Assembly: GCF_009914755.1 (NCBI RefSeq)
Contig: NC_060944.1
Length of the DNA: 64,000 nt
Direction: 5' to 3' (one strand)
Source: the human T2T-CHM13v2.0 reference genome, Homo sapiens
Below are positions 27,438-41,278 of this stretch, in pieces. Both the position numbers and the translations under genes were made by a program. A model generated the notes under the pieces. That model saw nothing but the letters and a program-made list of their open reading frames with translations. It was not told where the DNA came from and ran no database searches. How positions within the stretch are numbered: position 1 is the stretch's first letter; every line of letters starts with the position of its first letter.

Positions 27438-30101
27438 GTGAGTGCTGTCCTGGAAGTTGGGGGGCTCAGAAGCTGTTGGTGCCCACCTGGGAGGTCGCCC
27501 TTGCAGCTGCTATCCTGAATCTCTTGCCCAAGGGCTTCCTCTGGCCACAAGAGTGTGGGAAGCAAGTGAGAGACCCCTGCCAGTAGAGGTGGGGTCTGTT
27601 TGTCCCCCCACTCAGCTTCCTTGCTTCTGGCTCAGGGGACAGTGGGAAGGTACTTTCTGCGAGTTGTCCCAGAGGCCTCTAGGGGGTTGGGCTCCTGTTG
27701 CCCACTGAGGAGACCTGCTCATCTACCTTCCTTGTGTCACTTCCTCACTCCTTCCCAGTGTTTCTAGAATCACCTCCCAAATATCCCACTTGCACCCAAA
27801 ACCTTGTCTTGGGTCAGCTTCTGGGAGCCGACCTAAGCCAGCAGCTATAATGCTCAGGGCTTAAGAGCTTTGGAATCAGATGGACCTGAGTGTGAATCCC
27901 GCCCCTGCCACTTAACCTGAGTGTGAACTTGGGAGCCTGCCCCACCTCTCGGAACCTCAGTTCCTCCATCTATGAAAAGGGAACTTACGTGCAGAAAACC
28001 AAGTGACTATGAGGGGGATGGGGCAGTGTGAGATGACGGGACCAGAGCACGTTCCTGGCTGCAGAGGCCACAAGTCACGCTGTCTCTGAGAGGTATGGGG
28101 ACAGGGGCGCAGAGGAAGAATGATCGCGAGTCCTCAGCCCTGTTTGGCTGACGGGGGACAGGGATGGGTGGGAAAGAGGTACAGCGTTTTTCCACCTTCC
28201 CCACCCATCACCCCTGAGATTCCAAATGAACATCGGGACCAACCCCGGGAGCCCAGCGGATGTTCAGGGTAGGGCAAAGAACAGGTGCCAAGTTTGCTCC
28301 CTGGGGTGTGAGACTGGGCAGCCTCAAGAGCTGCATTGGTAGGACTTTCACCAGGTAGACAGCAGGCACCTCGCCCCTGCAGATCACAGCTTCCAGGGCC
28401 ACCTGTCCACAGAATCCCTTCACTGATCTGTGCTTGAGGCAGGGGTGTGTGGACTGGGAGTCCTTCTTTTACTCTGGGTGGGGCCTCATGCTCAGAGGGA
28501 GCTCTGTCTACCCCCACCACAAACCTGCAGTTTCCCTGCTACAGCGATGGCAACCTCAGCCACCTGGCTGCCCAGGCCCCCAACCTGGGTTCTCCCTCTT
28601 GTTCCCATGGTCAGCCCATCAGCAAACTCATCCACATGTCCAAGGGTCCACCCCCACTACCCTGCCCTGCCCTGGTCCAGCTAGGATGTTTGCAGTCGTC
28701 TCCTCATTGGTCTCCCTGCCTCCTCTCTCGCCTTCCTAAGCCAGAGGAATTCTGTAAGAGCTCAAGTTAGATCCTATCCCTTCTCTGCTCAGAACCCTCT
28801 ATGGCTCCCAACTCACTCAGAGCAGAAGCCCACAGGGCCTGCAGGATCTCTGCCCTGGCCCCGCCTGACCTCACTGCCTCTCCCTTCTCTGTTCACCCAC
28901 AGCCACGGTGGCCTCATCTCTCTGCCATAAACTTGCCAATTATCCTGCTGCTGCCTCATTGACTTCGCACCCACTCTTCCCTCTGGAACAGAGGACACTC
29001 TCGCCAGCTCTCCCCATGGCGGATCCTTGTCTAGGGTCAGGCCTCTGCTCCAAAGTCACCCCTGGGGACACCTTCTCTGACCAGCCCCTCATTCCTATGG
29101 CCTCATGCTGTTTTTATTTCTTCCTAGGACTTAGCACGTATCCTAGAAATTAACCTGCTGGTATATCCTGTTTCTTGTCTGTCTCTTTCCAGTGGAATGT
29201 CACCATCGCCCAGGTGGGGATTTTTGTGTGTTTTGTTCACTGCTGTACACCCAGCCCCCAGCACAGCGCCTGTCCAGGACAAGTGCCCAGTAAACACTTG
29301 GGAAGCAATGCAAGCGTGCGTGCATGGATAAGTATTTCTTTGGCAGATGAGGGGGCTAAGGTTCAGAGAAGGCCCTGGGGGTCTCAGACTCATAGCCCAG
29401 TGCTCTTTCTGCTGACACGCCCTGGTCTCTGGGGCAGTTTGTTGCCTGTTCAGCAACAAAGAGGGTGTGCCTCGTTAGGGGTCCTGCGTGCGAATCGCAG
29501 TCCCTGCGTGTCTTGGCTGGAGGTCACCACCCTCTCTGCTCCAGGGCCTGTAATTACCACTTACCCTGGTCAATGGGTCCGAGAGATTACCCTTGTAGGC
29601 AGGGCTGTGGCCAGGGTGCTCACCTGGCCCCCAGCAGGTCCCATGGGCACTGTCTGGCCGGGCTTCATGGCTGACATTCCAGGTACATTTCTAGCCCTGG
29701 GCTGCCATGGGCAGAGGGTGGGGAGAGGGTCGTGGGCTTCAGGCTGGACAAACCAGTCAGCCTTCCCAGCTGGGCCGCCTGACCACCCACTTCCTGTGGG
29801 GCTCCTTGAGGCCTGGAGGGTGGAGGGGGTCTCTGTTCAACCCCCACCCATGCCCTCTTCCCTTCTCTCCCTCGGCAGGTCCTCCCAGCAGCTCCTGCAA
29901 ACAGACCCCCGACCCAAGCCCTTCCTTCTGCCTCCACTGCCACCACTGCTGCTCATCTCTGCTGGCACAGAAGTCTCTTCCCTGGTCTTCCAGAAATCCC
30001 CTCTCCACACTCAGCCAGAGGGAGCTATTAAAACTGTGGGCCAGCCCACATCAGTCCACAGCAAAGTCCTCTCTAAGGGATCTCTGTTGCTTGGAGAATA
30101 A
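27372..30101 (+). CDS. Putative spliced ORF join(27372..27437,29193..30101), 324 aa, MKLLAKVTQHSHILLNIILFSG-WNVTIAQVGIFVCFVHCC...; translation unproven
   Basis: ATG at 27372 with an in-frame TGA at 27366; 22 codons end at a phase-0 donor and join in frame with track ORF 29175..30101 at W (29193). No recognisable domain. Confidence 0.3.
27445..27840 (+). mobile_element. LTR16-like ERVL LTR
   Basis: 3' end 'cacctcccaaatatcccacttgcacccaaaccttgtcttgggtcagcttctggg...ctaagcca' resembles the LTR16 terminus. Confidence 0.55.
28570..29305 (+). mobile_element. L2 3' region providing the PELATON exon 3 acceptor
   Basis: 'ttttgttcactgctgtacacccagcccccagcacagcgcctg...agtgcccagtaaacacttg' matches the L2 3' end. 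Confidence 0.7.
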
Positions 30102-30510
30102 ACCCTCGGATTCCTTCCTTGGCTCTCGGGGCCTCCTCTCTGACCTCCCTCTGTCTCCTCTCCCAGCCTTCCTCCTCACTCACCCTCCAGCCATGCTGGC
30201 TTCCTCCTTGCTCCTGAAACAGCCTGAGGCCCACACTGCCCCGGGCCCTTTGCACTGGCTGTTTCCTCTGCCTGGAACACTTCTCCTAGGCATCCACAGG
30301 GCTCCCTCCCACAACTCCTTCGGGTGCCCACATGGGAAGCCATCCCTGACCACCCCCCCGACTTCCTTCTGAGCAAGGTAGGGTCTTTCTACCTAGTCAT
30401 GAGGGCAGGGATTTTTGTCTGTTGTGTTCTCTGTGTGCCCCCAGTGCCATCCCAGTGCCTGGCAGATGGTAAGTGCTCGACACACATTGGCTGACTGCCT
30501 GAATGAACAA
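29930..30510 (+). mobile_element. L2 3' region inside PELATON exon 3
   Basis: 'ctccacactcagccagaggg...ttaaaac', 'gggccctttgcactggctgtttcctctgcctggaac', 'gagggcagggatttttgtctg'. Confidence 0.7.
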
Positions 30511-31100
30511 CTCTATGAGCCGATGGCAGATAAGGACACTGAGGTCCTCTGGGGTAGGTGACCAGCCCAAGGCCACACAGCTGGTCTGAGATTAGGCCAG
30601 GAGAGGAGCCCGGGTTGGTCACATCCTGGAGTTGGCGTCTTGGAAACTGCATCAGGAGAATAACAAAGATGAGACGCAGGCTCTAACAAGTGGATACCAG
30701 TGACTCTCGCCCCGCCAGCCCCAGCCCTGCAGCCTTGGGCCCTTCCAGGAGTCATGGTCTGCCTGCCTGGGGCATTCCAGGCTTCGACCCAGGTCCTGCA
30801 CTTTCTATTTTGAGCCTCTTAGTCCTGAGGACTGTGTGTTCCCAGCAGGCGGCGCGGGCCAGAGGCTGAGCCTGGGTGTGGCTGTCACCCTATCTGGGGC
30901 CAGAGACCCAGATTCCCGGGCCCTTAACCTGTTGGCTGCTGAGGGCTCTGGCATAAGCCCTGTTCCCTGCTTGATTGTCTCCCCTTCAAGCCCCTGCCCT
31001 GGTATCGTATCGGCCCATCTCACCTTGGATTATATCCCTGTTTGGCCCCATTTGAATCCTGGCTCTGCCCCTTTCCAGCAATGTGACCTTGGGCAAGTCA

Positions 31101-31487
<387 letters not shown>

Positions 31488-32926
31488 GAGTACCTGTCTT
31501 CTGGGGTTGCAGAGGAGATTCAATGTGATGAAATTGATGAGAGTGCCCTGCAGGGAGCCGGAAACTCAGGGAGCATCGATAATGAGTCCCCCACCATCAG
31601 CAGCTGGCTTAAATATAAAAACTGTCATGGCCTCTGGAGAAATGACAAGAATTCGAAGGAGCTTCCCTGCACTGGCCACCCTACACCCTACACCCTTACT
31701 TCCTCCCCTCAACTTGCCTGGATTTATCGACCCCCACTACCCCACTGGTTGCCTTCTCTCCACCTGGCACATTTCGTATGAATTTGCTTGTTGGTTCTTG
31801 CCTATCTCCCCAGTAGAACATTAGCTCCTTCAGGACAGGGACTTTTGTCTACCTTATGCACCTAGTGCAATGCCTGGCACACAGTCGGTGCTTAATAAAT
31901 GTTTCTTAAAAGAACCAATAAATGAATAGTGACCTCTCCGGGGAGAGGAGCCCTGAGCTCACCTCCTGCCCCCAGCCCAGGGCTCTTAGGTGCTTGTTGG
32001 TGTCAGGCCCAGGCCCCCCTCTCATCAAGCAGCCAATAAAACTGCCCTGGTTGGCGTTCTCATTTCACAGATGGAGAGACTGAGCCCAGAGAGGGAGAGT
32101 CACCTGTCTGATGTCACACAGAGGTCAGCATCTGGGCTGGGATTCCAGCCCAGGACCATGTGGGGTGGGGGGCAGTGGATCAATCTTTTCCTGGAGGGAG
32201 TCAATGGTGATGGTGGGAATGGGTCAGGGGTGCTGGCAAGGAGGGTCCAAGGCCCCCAGGAGGGAGGGAGGCATGGGAGATGAGTTTGTCCCTCTTGAGT
32301 TCTGTCTCTCTCTGTGTCTCTCTGTTTCTGCCTCTTTCTGTCTCCTTGTATTTCTCAGTCCCTGTCTTCGTCTATACCTCTTTCTCTCTTCCTTGTGTAT
32401 CTGACCCACTGCCCAGGAGGGGATGCAGGCAGAGACCCCTGGCTTGGGTCCTGGAGTTGGGGCCCACGAGGGGATTGACATCTGGGGTTGAGCTGGGAAT
32501 CTGAAGCCAGACCCTGCAGCCAGGGACAGCATTCCAGTCTCGGCTCCACACTCCAGGGATAGCCTTGGAACGCCAGGCAGTTCAGAGAGCCTGAGGTCTG
32601 GTCTTGGAGACCTGGGTTCCAATCCCAGCTTTGCCACATTCCAGCCATGTGGCCTTGGGCCCTTAGCCTTTGTTCCTGTAAAATGGGACCACTGAGAGCC
32701 CGATCTCAGGGTTTTATGAGGAGGAACGATGAGAGGGCTGTGCTGGGCTTCCTGAAGCCCTGTGTGGCCTGGAAAGCACTCAATAGATGATAACTCAGTG
32801 TAATGATTTCTTCTAGCAGATGGGGAAAGCGAGAGTTAAAGAGGCCCGATCATTTCACTCACTCATTCCTCAAACGTTATTAAGCACCTGCTATGCACCA
32901 GGTGCTTTGTTTTGTATCCATTAACT

Positions 32927-33148
32927 CAGGGTTCAGCAAACTACAGCCTCCAGGCCAAATCTGGTTCACAGCCTGTTTTTATAAATAAAGTTTTATTGGC
33001 ACACAGTATGCCCATTCATTTACATATTGTCCACAGCTGCCTTTACCCTACAACTGCAATGTTGAGCAGTTGTGAGAGAGACCTTAAAACCCACAAAGCT
33101 GAACATATGAACTCTCTGGACATTTACAGTAAAGTTTGCTAATCCCTG
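32927..33148 (+). mobile_element. MER58A (hAT-Charlie MITE)
   Basis: TIRs CAGGGTTCAGCAAACT...AGTTTGCTAATCCCTG, 222 bp, 'aataaagttttattgg' core. Confidence 0.85.
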
Positions 33149-36100
33149 GATTAGCCCATTACAACCCTGGAGGAAGGACATGTCATAAGCTTGATTTTAT
33201 GGATTAGGAACTGAGGTCCGAGCGCAGTGTCTGCCACAAGGTTGGGTCTCCATACGTAATATCTGGGTCTTATTCCTCCTCTTCTGCCCCATGGGGAGCT
33301 GCCAACTCCTGTTCCCTTTCCCTATCCTGCATGGATCATAAGTGGATAATTTGAATCCCGCAGAGGAAGGAATGCTGTTTGAAGGTCAGGTCAATGGAAA
33401 GAGTCCTATTTTCAGGTCAATTTGGACCTTGCCAAAGCCTCTTCCTTCTGGTGACCTTAGCTGAGAGGTCTGCCACTAGCAGGTGCTTCATGAACAGTTG
33501 CTGAACAAGTGGTGTGCATCATGCTCCCGCTGTGAACTTCAGCTTGCTTGAAGGCGGATTCCTCCAGGTAATTGCAGGAGACCCCACGGCCGGCCACACA
33601 CCACCGTTGGGATGAAAGATGGCCTCGAGCCATCGGTGGGAGAACACCCTGGGCAGGGAGATGCTTTCTAGAGCTCCACGGAAGTGGGGGAGGGGATCTC
33701 ACTGCCCGCCAAGCATGCCCTGGAGTCTTTGTCCCTTCCTCCCTCATGCTGGAGGCCTGCAGGTACCTGGCTTGAGACGTTGCCTGGCCCTCAAAACACC
33801 CAGGTTCCCCCCAAGCTCCTCCCCAGCCTCCTCCCTGCTGACCTTGGGGAGCTCCCGGTTTGCCCTCAGCCCTTTTCTGGAGGCCCCAGAATCACCAAGA
33901 GGTAATCCTGCCTGCTGCCTGGAGGAGGCGATGTGGGAGACTCAGGAACCTGGGGTGTCCCCCAGCCAGGGGGCGGGCGTTGTGATCCGGCGCTGCTGAG
34001 CACTGCAGTGCCTTCCCTGATGGCCTTGTGTGCCGCTCCCTGACCCTCCCGTAGAGCAGCCTTCCCATACTGCTGGGTGACACTTGCGTAAATCATTTCA
34101 CCTCTTGGCTCTGTAAAACGGGACTGGGGTGGTCCCTACCCCTTCAGGGTGTCGTGAGAATGAAAGGCATCAAGTGGGCAAAGCGCTTGGCATGGCCCTG
34201 AACCATGGTGGGCATTTGTCACACACGCTCATGGACTTATTCCTGGGTCCCTAGGATACCCTGGAGCTCCTCCCCAGGTTGGACCTGCTGCTAGCATGAG
34301 AGGGAAGAAGGGGGACACAGACACCAAAGACAGTTCTCGTCCTCATCTAAATGCTGGCGACTTCCAAGGGCACCTCCCCAAGGCCTCCCCTGAGCCTAGA
34401 CTCAGGGGTCTCCACCCACCTGTCTCTGTCCCTGCTGGGATGACCAGGAGAAGCCTCAAACCCAGGTTGGCCAGGACTCCATTCCTGATCTGCCCCCCGA
34501 AGCCAGTCCTGCCTCTACTGATGGCTCCTGCATCCTCCAGGTGGTCCCCCAAACCTGGGAGTCTCCCCTGCCTTCTTCTTCTCACTTGCTCCCACATCTG
34601 ATCGCTCATCACATCCTGTCGACTCCACCTTCAAGGTAGACCCGGAGTCTGCCCTCGTCTCCCCACCTCCACGGCCCCCGCTTCGGCCACGGCCACCAGC
34701 ACCACCGCCTGGACTGGTGCAGTCACTTCCTCCTGGCTTCCTTTTCTCCCTCAGCCCCTCACAGTCTGTTCTCCACACACGACCAGAGGGACCTGTCAGA
34801 AGGGACCTATACCTTCCAGCACAGACCCTCCCAGGGATCCCAGCTCTCTGAGTGAAAGCTCCCTGTGGCCCGTGAGGCCGGGTGCGACCCTGGCCCCCCA
34901 GCAAACCCTCCACTTGTCTGATGACCTCGCTGCCTCTCTCCCTCGCGTACTCCCTTCCAGCCCTGATAGCTTCCTGCTGTTCCTCAAGAAGCCCTGGGTC
35001 TTTCCACCTCAAGGTCTTTGCAGGTCCCTGGAGCCCTTGTCCACCATGGATGTCCACGGCTCCCTCACCTCCTTCAGGTCTGAGCTCGGATGCCACTCTC
35101 GACAGCCACCTTCTCTGACCCTTCCCCTGGCTTAAGTAGCCTCTGCCTGCTCGACAATCTCTCCCTCTACGCCCCTGACCATCCCGTGTTCTTTTTTCAT
35201 AGGGGGAGGGGAAAGGCACTCCCAGGAGAGTGGACAGTGTGGGCCAGGGCCTGGACGTGTGGGCAGCAAGAGGGTGGGTGAGGGGAGAGTGGTGGAGCCT
35301 GGGTGGCTGAGCTTCAGGGGGAGGCATCCTCCAGGCAGGAGTGAGCAGGCCAGGGTCACCCTGACTCCGTCAGCCACTGGTTGTGTGACTTCAGGGAGCT
35401 CTCTCTGGACCCAAGAACCTGCAACTGCTGTTGGAGACCCACTAAGTGGACCTGTCATCTGACAGAGGGGGAAACTGAGTCTCCAAAGCTGCTGCTGTGA
35501 CCTGCTGAAAGGGTCAGCCCAGGGATAGGGACAAACCAGGGGCTTCTAGCAGTCACTTGCACCTCAGTGTGAGTGAGCTCCCTGGATTCTTGGCTGTCTG
35601 GTAGCCCCTAGACCCCATGGGGCTTGGGAGGCAGAGTGATGGCAGGGCTGAGCCTGGGGTGGAGTCAGGGCTGTGTCAAGTCCCGGCCCAGCCTCTGTCC
35701 CGGCCCCTGGCTCCCTGCAGGGTGCTGGATTGCACAATCATACCACCCACAGCTGTGACCAAGGCAGGTGACACACGCTTTCTGGGAGCCACCCTTGGGC
35801 CGTGCAGCCTCGTCACACACACAGGGCCACCGATGGCATGGATGCACCCCGGCACATCCTGACTGCGAGGAGTGACTGCTCCTCACACTGCCACTTCCGG
35901 GCTGTGTGACTCTGGGCAAGTCACTTCCCCTCTCTGAGCCTCTTTTCCTCTTCTGTAAGAGGAGGTAATATAGTGCCTGCTCCCCTGGCTGTTGGAGGGA
36001 TTGACTCTGCCCCCGCCATGCTGGCCCTCTGGCTGGTCCTCAAATGCACCGGGCATGCCCCACCCAGGGCCTCCACCTGCGCCCTTCCCTTTGCTTGGGC

Positions 36101-37661
36101 CGGCCCTTGCACCTCCTTCAAGTCTCTGCTCAAACGTCGCAGCTCATGAGGCCTTTCCTGCCCCTGACACTCCCTCCTTACTGAATTCCTCCCTGCATCT
36201 CTCAGTGCTACCTGACTCATCATGGTTCCTGCTTGTTTTGTCTACCCGCTCCTGGGTGGCAGCTCCATCTTTGTCTCTCTTGGTCATCACTGTGTCCCCA
36301 GATCCCAACAAAGCACCTCGTACAAGAAAGTGCTCAGTCCATAGTTGCAGAATAAATGAATGAATGAATGAATGAATGAATGAATGGAAAGTGCTTAGCT
36401 CCACGCCCGACCCTTAGTAAGCACCTGAAACCCAATGCCGTGTGGTGGTGTTAGCTTTGGCTCCCGATTTCTAGCCCCATCCAATCCCACCCTCATCAGC
36501 CCGGCGCCCGTGCTTTCTCTGCCTGGCCAGCTTCCTGCTGCCTGCACAGTCTCCTCCCTGGGTCAGGACGACCTCTGAGGGAATCGTGGGCCTGCACGGC
36601 TGGCTCCCTCTGGCTCTGCCTCCAGCTCCTCTTACATCTCCCGGGGGCAGAGGCTTCTGGGAAACAGGCTTTGAAGCTCCCCTGGGTCAGACCCGCTGGG
36701 GCCTTCCTTAGGCATTGCCTGATGTGACCCCATTAGTGAACAAATGGGGACAGTGAGACCTAGAGAGGGGCAGCCATGTCCGATGTCAGGCTTCGGGGCT
36801 CCCAAAACATCCAGGGAAGCTTCCAGGACTCTGGCTTCTTTGTTGTTTTTGGAACAGAGCTGAGCTCAGGTGCCTGTTTTCTAGATGACAAAACTGAACC
36901 CCGTTACAGGCTTTGGAGCCAGGTTTGAATCTCAGTCCTCTTACTTCCTGGCTGTGTGATCGAGGTTTGTCACTTGGTCCCTCTGAGGCTCAGCTTCCTT
37001 GTCTGCAAAATGGCACCCTAATGGTACCCAACTCACGGAGGTGTTTGGGGGGACAAGGTCAGCCATCCTGCAGGCAGGTGGGGTCTCTGGCCTCTCCCAC
37101 GGGGTCCTGGGACTCCTGGCTCCGGAACCCCCAAGGCCCAGCCCCTCCAGGGCCCGCATGGTTCCCTCCTTGCTGGGATAATTTACAGTCCCAGGGCCAT
37201 AGCTGCTGTTGCTTTATTTTTTTCCCTTCCCCGACTTCTCCCTTCCTCACCCTGGCCTCACTTCTCCAGAACCAGCTTGTTTTTGTTTTCTGTTTTTACG
37301 GCTCCATAAATGAGTCACGGGTCTGATTTGATTTAATTTCGTTGTAATTGTTATCTTTTCAAGCTTGTTTTTTTCCACTCGGTTACTCACGAGACCACAA
37401 AAACCTAAACAGGACGGGGCCTTCCCCAGCCCGGCCTCCTGGTCCCCCGGGACTCCGGGCCAGGGTCAGCAGCTCCTGGAGACTGAGGTGGGGTCTGTGG
37501 AGCTTCTGTGGGGAGGGACTTGGTGTCCCCAGCAGGACTGGGTATCCCGAGTCCCGGGCTGCAGCTCTGTTGCTGGACAGCCTTGAGAGAATTGTTCGAG
37601 CTTTCTGATTTCCCCAGCATCCTCCTTAGCAGGCTTTAGAACAGGGAACCAAAACCCAGGC

Positions 37662-37922
37662 ACCTCTGGGCCAGAAGGTGAAAGGATGAGTAAGGTGGCC
37701 TGGTGCTGGCTCCGGTGAACTGGAGAGAACAGGCTCTCCTCAGGGGACGGTGGCCTCTGAGCCAGCAGGCGGCCCGGATCTTCCCATTTAGTAAGAGAAG
37801 CCAGAAGTCTGAGATTGTATGTGAAAAGTCCTGATTTTTAAATGTTGGCCAACGAGTCAAATTAAAAACAAATAAACAAAACCTGACTCTGTGGATATCT
37901 GTGGCCCCGTGGGCCACCTCTG
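37662..37922 (+). mobile_element. MER102-like hAT element
   Basis: 'tatgtgaaaagtcctgatttttaaatgttggc' signature. Confidence 0.6.
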
Positions 37923-38887
37923 GTCTAGAAGGTTCCAATTCTAGCTGCGGCAGCCGTGTTCTCAGTCCTTCCACCCTTCTGCCTGAGCAGTCCCCTCTGC
38001 CTGAAACTCTCTCCTTCTTCCTCCTCATCTCAGTCACTCTCATTCTCTGAACCTCGGTGTGTCTCCTGTTCGCAGCTCAGAAGAGATGACATCTGCTTCA
38101 TCCATGTTCGCCTTCCCAAGGCGCCTAGTTGTTCCCAATTCACTTTTGTTTCTATGCTTTCTCTTCCATGGAGGGTCTGTCTTGTTTGAGACCGCCTTCG
38201 TAGTGGGGGAAATTAGCCCCTTAGTTGTTAAAAGTCATAACACATATCCTGCCTGTCTTATCATTCATTTCTAAAATGGGGCACGATACTTCTTTGGTCA
38301 TTTAAAAACCGAAGACGCGAGGCCGACGCCTCCAGGGATGTGCGCTGGGCGGTAGGAGCCAGGTGTGGGGCCAAGGAGTGGGGGCGGAGGAGGAAGCCAG
38401 GTCCCCAGCCAGGGGGCTGAGGGCTGCTCCTCCAAAGCTTGGGTATGGACATGTGACCAGGACCCACCAATCACATGCAGCCATGCCAGATTTATGAATC
38501 AGAAGTTGGAAATGTTGGGGGCTGATTGCTTAGGACTCCGTTCTGGGGTGGGTGGGGCTGCAGCCCGGCTATTTTTCCAGAAGCTGCAGTGGGCCAGTTC
38601 TGGGGGCAGTGACCAGGGCTCAGCGGTGGCCACAGTGCAGATGGAATCATTTTGCAGAAATGACCCTCCCCGTGATTATGTCAGGAATGTCAAGTACAAT
38701 GAAAAGAACACTGCATTGTGCAGTCATGCAATTTGGTTTAAATATGTTTAAATGTATCCACGCTTGCTTTAGTGTGTTCATTCTAAGAATCTGTGTGCAC
38801 CACAGCAATTATATGATAATTGTGTTAGGTCAAAGAGAAAATCAATTTATTTTCACAATTTTTATCCCCCACGTGGCAAGACAGTGA

Positions 38888-39213
<326 letters not shown>

Positions 39214-40205
39214 ATTCTCTAAGGTCATTCTTCATTATGATGCTTTGGCTCTGGTTCTTGGTGAATAACTCACTTTACATGGCTTTTTCCTGAGCCAAAT
39301 TGTCCATCTTTATTTTCTGAGCTGTGGCCGGAGGTCTCCAGAAGCCCCCTCCCAGCGCCTCCCTGGGTGTGTCTCATGCTGCAAAGGGCATGGCGATCTG
39401 CAGGCTGGTGCTGCACTCCTGGAGTCCTGATGGCTGTGAAGCCCTGGGACCCATGCAAGCTGAGCTCTGTCACCCACCACCACCTGTGGCCTCAGCCTTC
39501 CCAAACTCCTGGCTCAGCCCCTGCCTCACCTTCTCTTTCACCTACTTGTCATCCCCTCTTTAAGCGAGGCCTTGGGTGAGACCCCTGGGCAATGCTCTGG
39601 GCCTCAAATGGAAGCTCCATGGATGCTTCAGATGCTTCAGATCATGGAGTCCTGGAACTACTGAATTTTTTCCTCCAGGACGAAGGAATCACCAGCCCTC
39701 AGCAGACTAAACCTTTGCAACTCTAAAATTCAAATGCACAGGAGACCTGGTAGACCAAGTCATGTGCTTGTTTGGGAAGCATTTATTGAGCATCTAGTAT
39801 GTGCTAAAGTACTAGGGAGACAGCAGGAAACAAAATGGACTAACCCTTTGACTTTATGGCTCTTAGGTTTTGGGAGGGGGAGACAGCAAAGAAATGACAA
39901 ATAAGTGAAAGACATAGCATGTCCCATAGTGAGACCACTGGGAAAAGGGGCTGAGTCTGCAGGAATTGAAGGGGCTGGCCACACAGATGTCTGGGACAGA
40001 GCATTCCAGATCGTAGGAAAAGCAGATGCAAAGGCCCTGAGGTTGGAACAAGCTTGCATTGTGGGGGAAAGTGAAGGAGAGCCAGAGATCATCCAGGCCC
40101 TGAGGGCCTCAGGAGGAGGAGGAGTTTGAATTTTATTGCAAGTGAGGCGGGAGCATTGGAGGGCTCTGGGCACAGGAGGGAGATGGCCTGACTCAGGTTC
40201 TAACA

Positions 40206-40412
40206 CCAGGTTCCTCAGCTTCGGCACCATTAACATTTGGGGCTGGATGCTGCTCTGTAGTGGGGTCGTCTTGTGCAGTGTAGGATGTTAAGCAGCGTCC
40301 CCGGCCTCTGCCCACTGGAGAGGTTGCCAGTCGCACCTCCTCCCCAAACCCAGCTGTGACAACTAAAATTATTTCCAGACATTGCGGAATGTGTCCTGGG
40401 TGCAGGATCTCT
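40206..40412 (-). mobile_element. MER20 (hAT-Charlie)
   Basis: 'tgtgacaactaaaattatttccagacattgc' and 'tgtaggatgttaagcagc' match MER20 antisense. Confidence 0.85.
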
Positions 40413-40927
40413 CTGGCTGCAAATGGGGCAAGTGGACTGTGGGGGGCCAGGATGTTGTGATGAGAGCAGAGAACCCAGCAGAGATGACTCCCCTAGTCTA
40501 GGACAAAAGGAGGGCGATGGCAGCAGAGGTGGGAGAAGGGACTGGATTCTGTTTGGAAGGCAAAGCCAGCAGGATTTGTTGGATTGGGCGAGGGAGATGT
40601 TGGAGTGGATAGGTGGATGCAGGCGCTATCGTTTGCTGAGATGGGGAACTGGTTTGAGGGGCCAACTTCATAGGTCTAGGGCAGGGCCCAGAACCTGGCG
40701 TGGTCACAACCTGGCCTCAGGGGGTGCTGAGTTTTTCACACTGTGCTTCAAAGAATTTAAGTGTCCAGAGGATGTACACTGGGGAAGGGTCTCTTCTACC
40801 GGTGCAGATGGGAACAAGTGGGCAGGCGGCCTTTCCTTGCCAGCAGACCAGGAGACTCTAAGATGCTTTTTCAAGGGAGTCAGAGGATCAGCCTCATTGG
40901 AGGACTGGTTCCAAAAGGCAGCCTCAC

Positions 40928-41090
40928 AGCCAGGCGCGATAGCTCATGCCTGTAATCCCAGCACTCTGGGAGGCTGAGATGGGAGGATTGTGTGAGCCTA
41001 AGAGTTAGAGACTAGCCTGGGCAACATGGCGAAACCCTGTCTCTAAAAGAAAATAAATAAATAATAATAAAAATTAGAATAAAATAAAAG
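40928..41090 (+). mobile_element. FLAM / Alu monomer
   Basis: Left arm plus A-rich tail. Confidence 0.88.
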
Positions 41091-41278
41091 AAGGGATTCT
41101 GAGACTGAAAAAAGCCAAACTCAGGTGCTGCCAGGGCTGGGCAAGCAGCACTCATGGTGAAGTGGTGGGAGAGGGGTGCAGGCCTGTCTAAAGGGGTGGA
41201 CGCTGCTCAGTTTCTGCCAGTGTCGCCCCGTGGGAAGCCGGGACTGACAGTTTTTCATGAGAAGCTGTAAATCTAGAT

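Noticed and set aside
34515-35327. 270-aa minus-strand ORF
   Set aside because: Lies antisense to L2 sequence; G/R-rich with no recognisable homology
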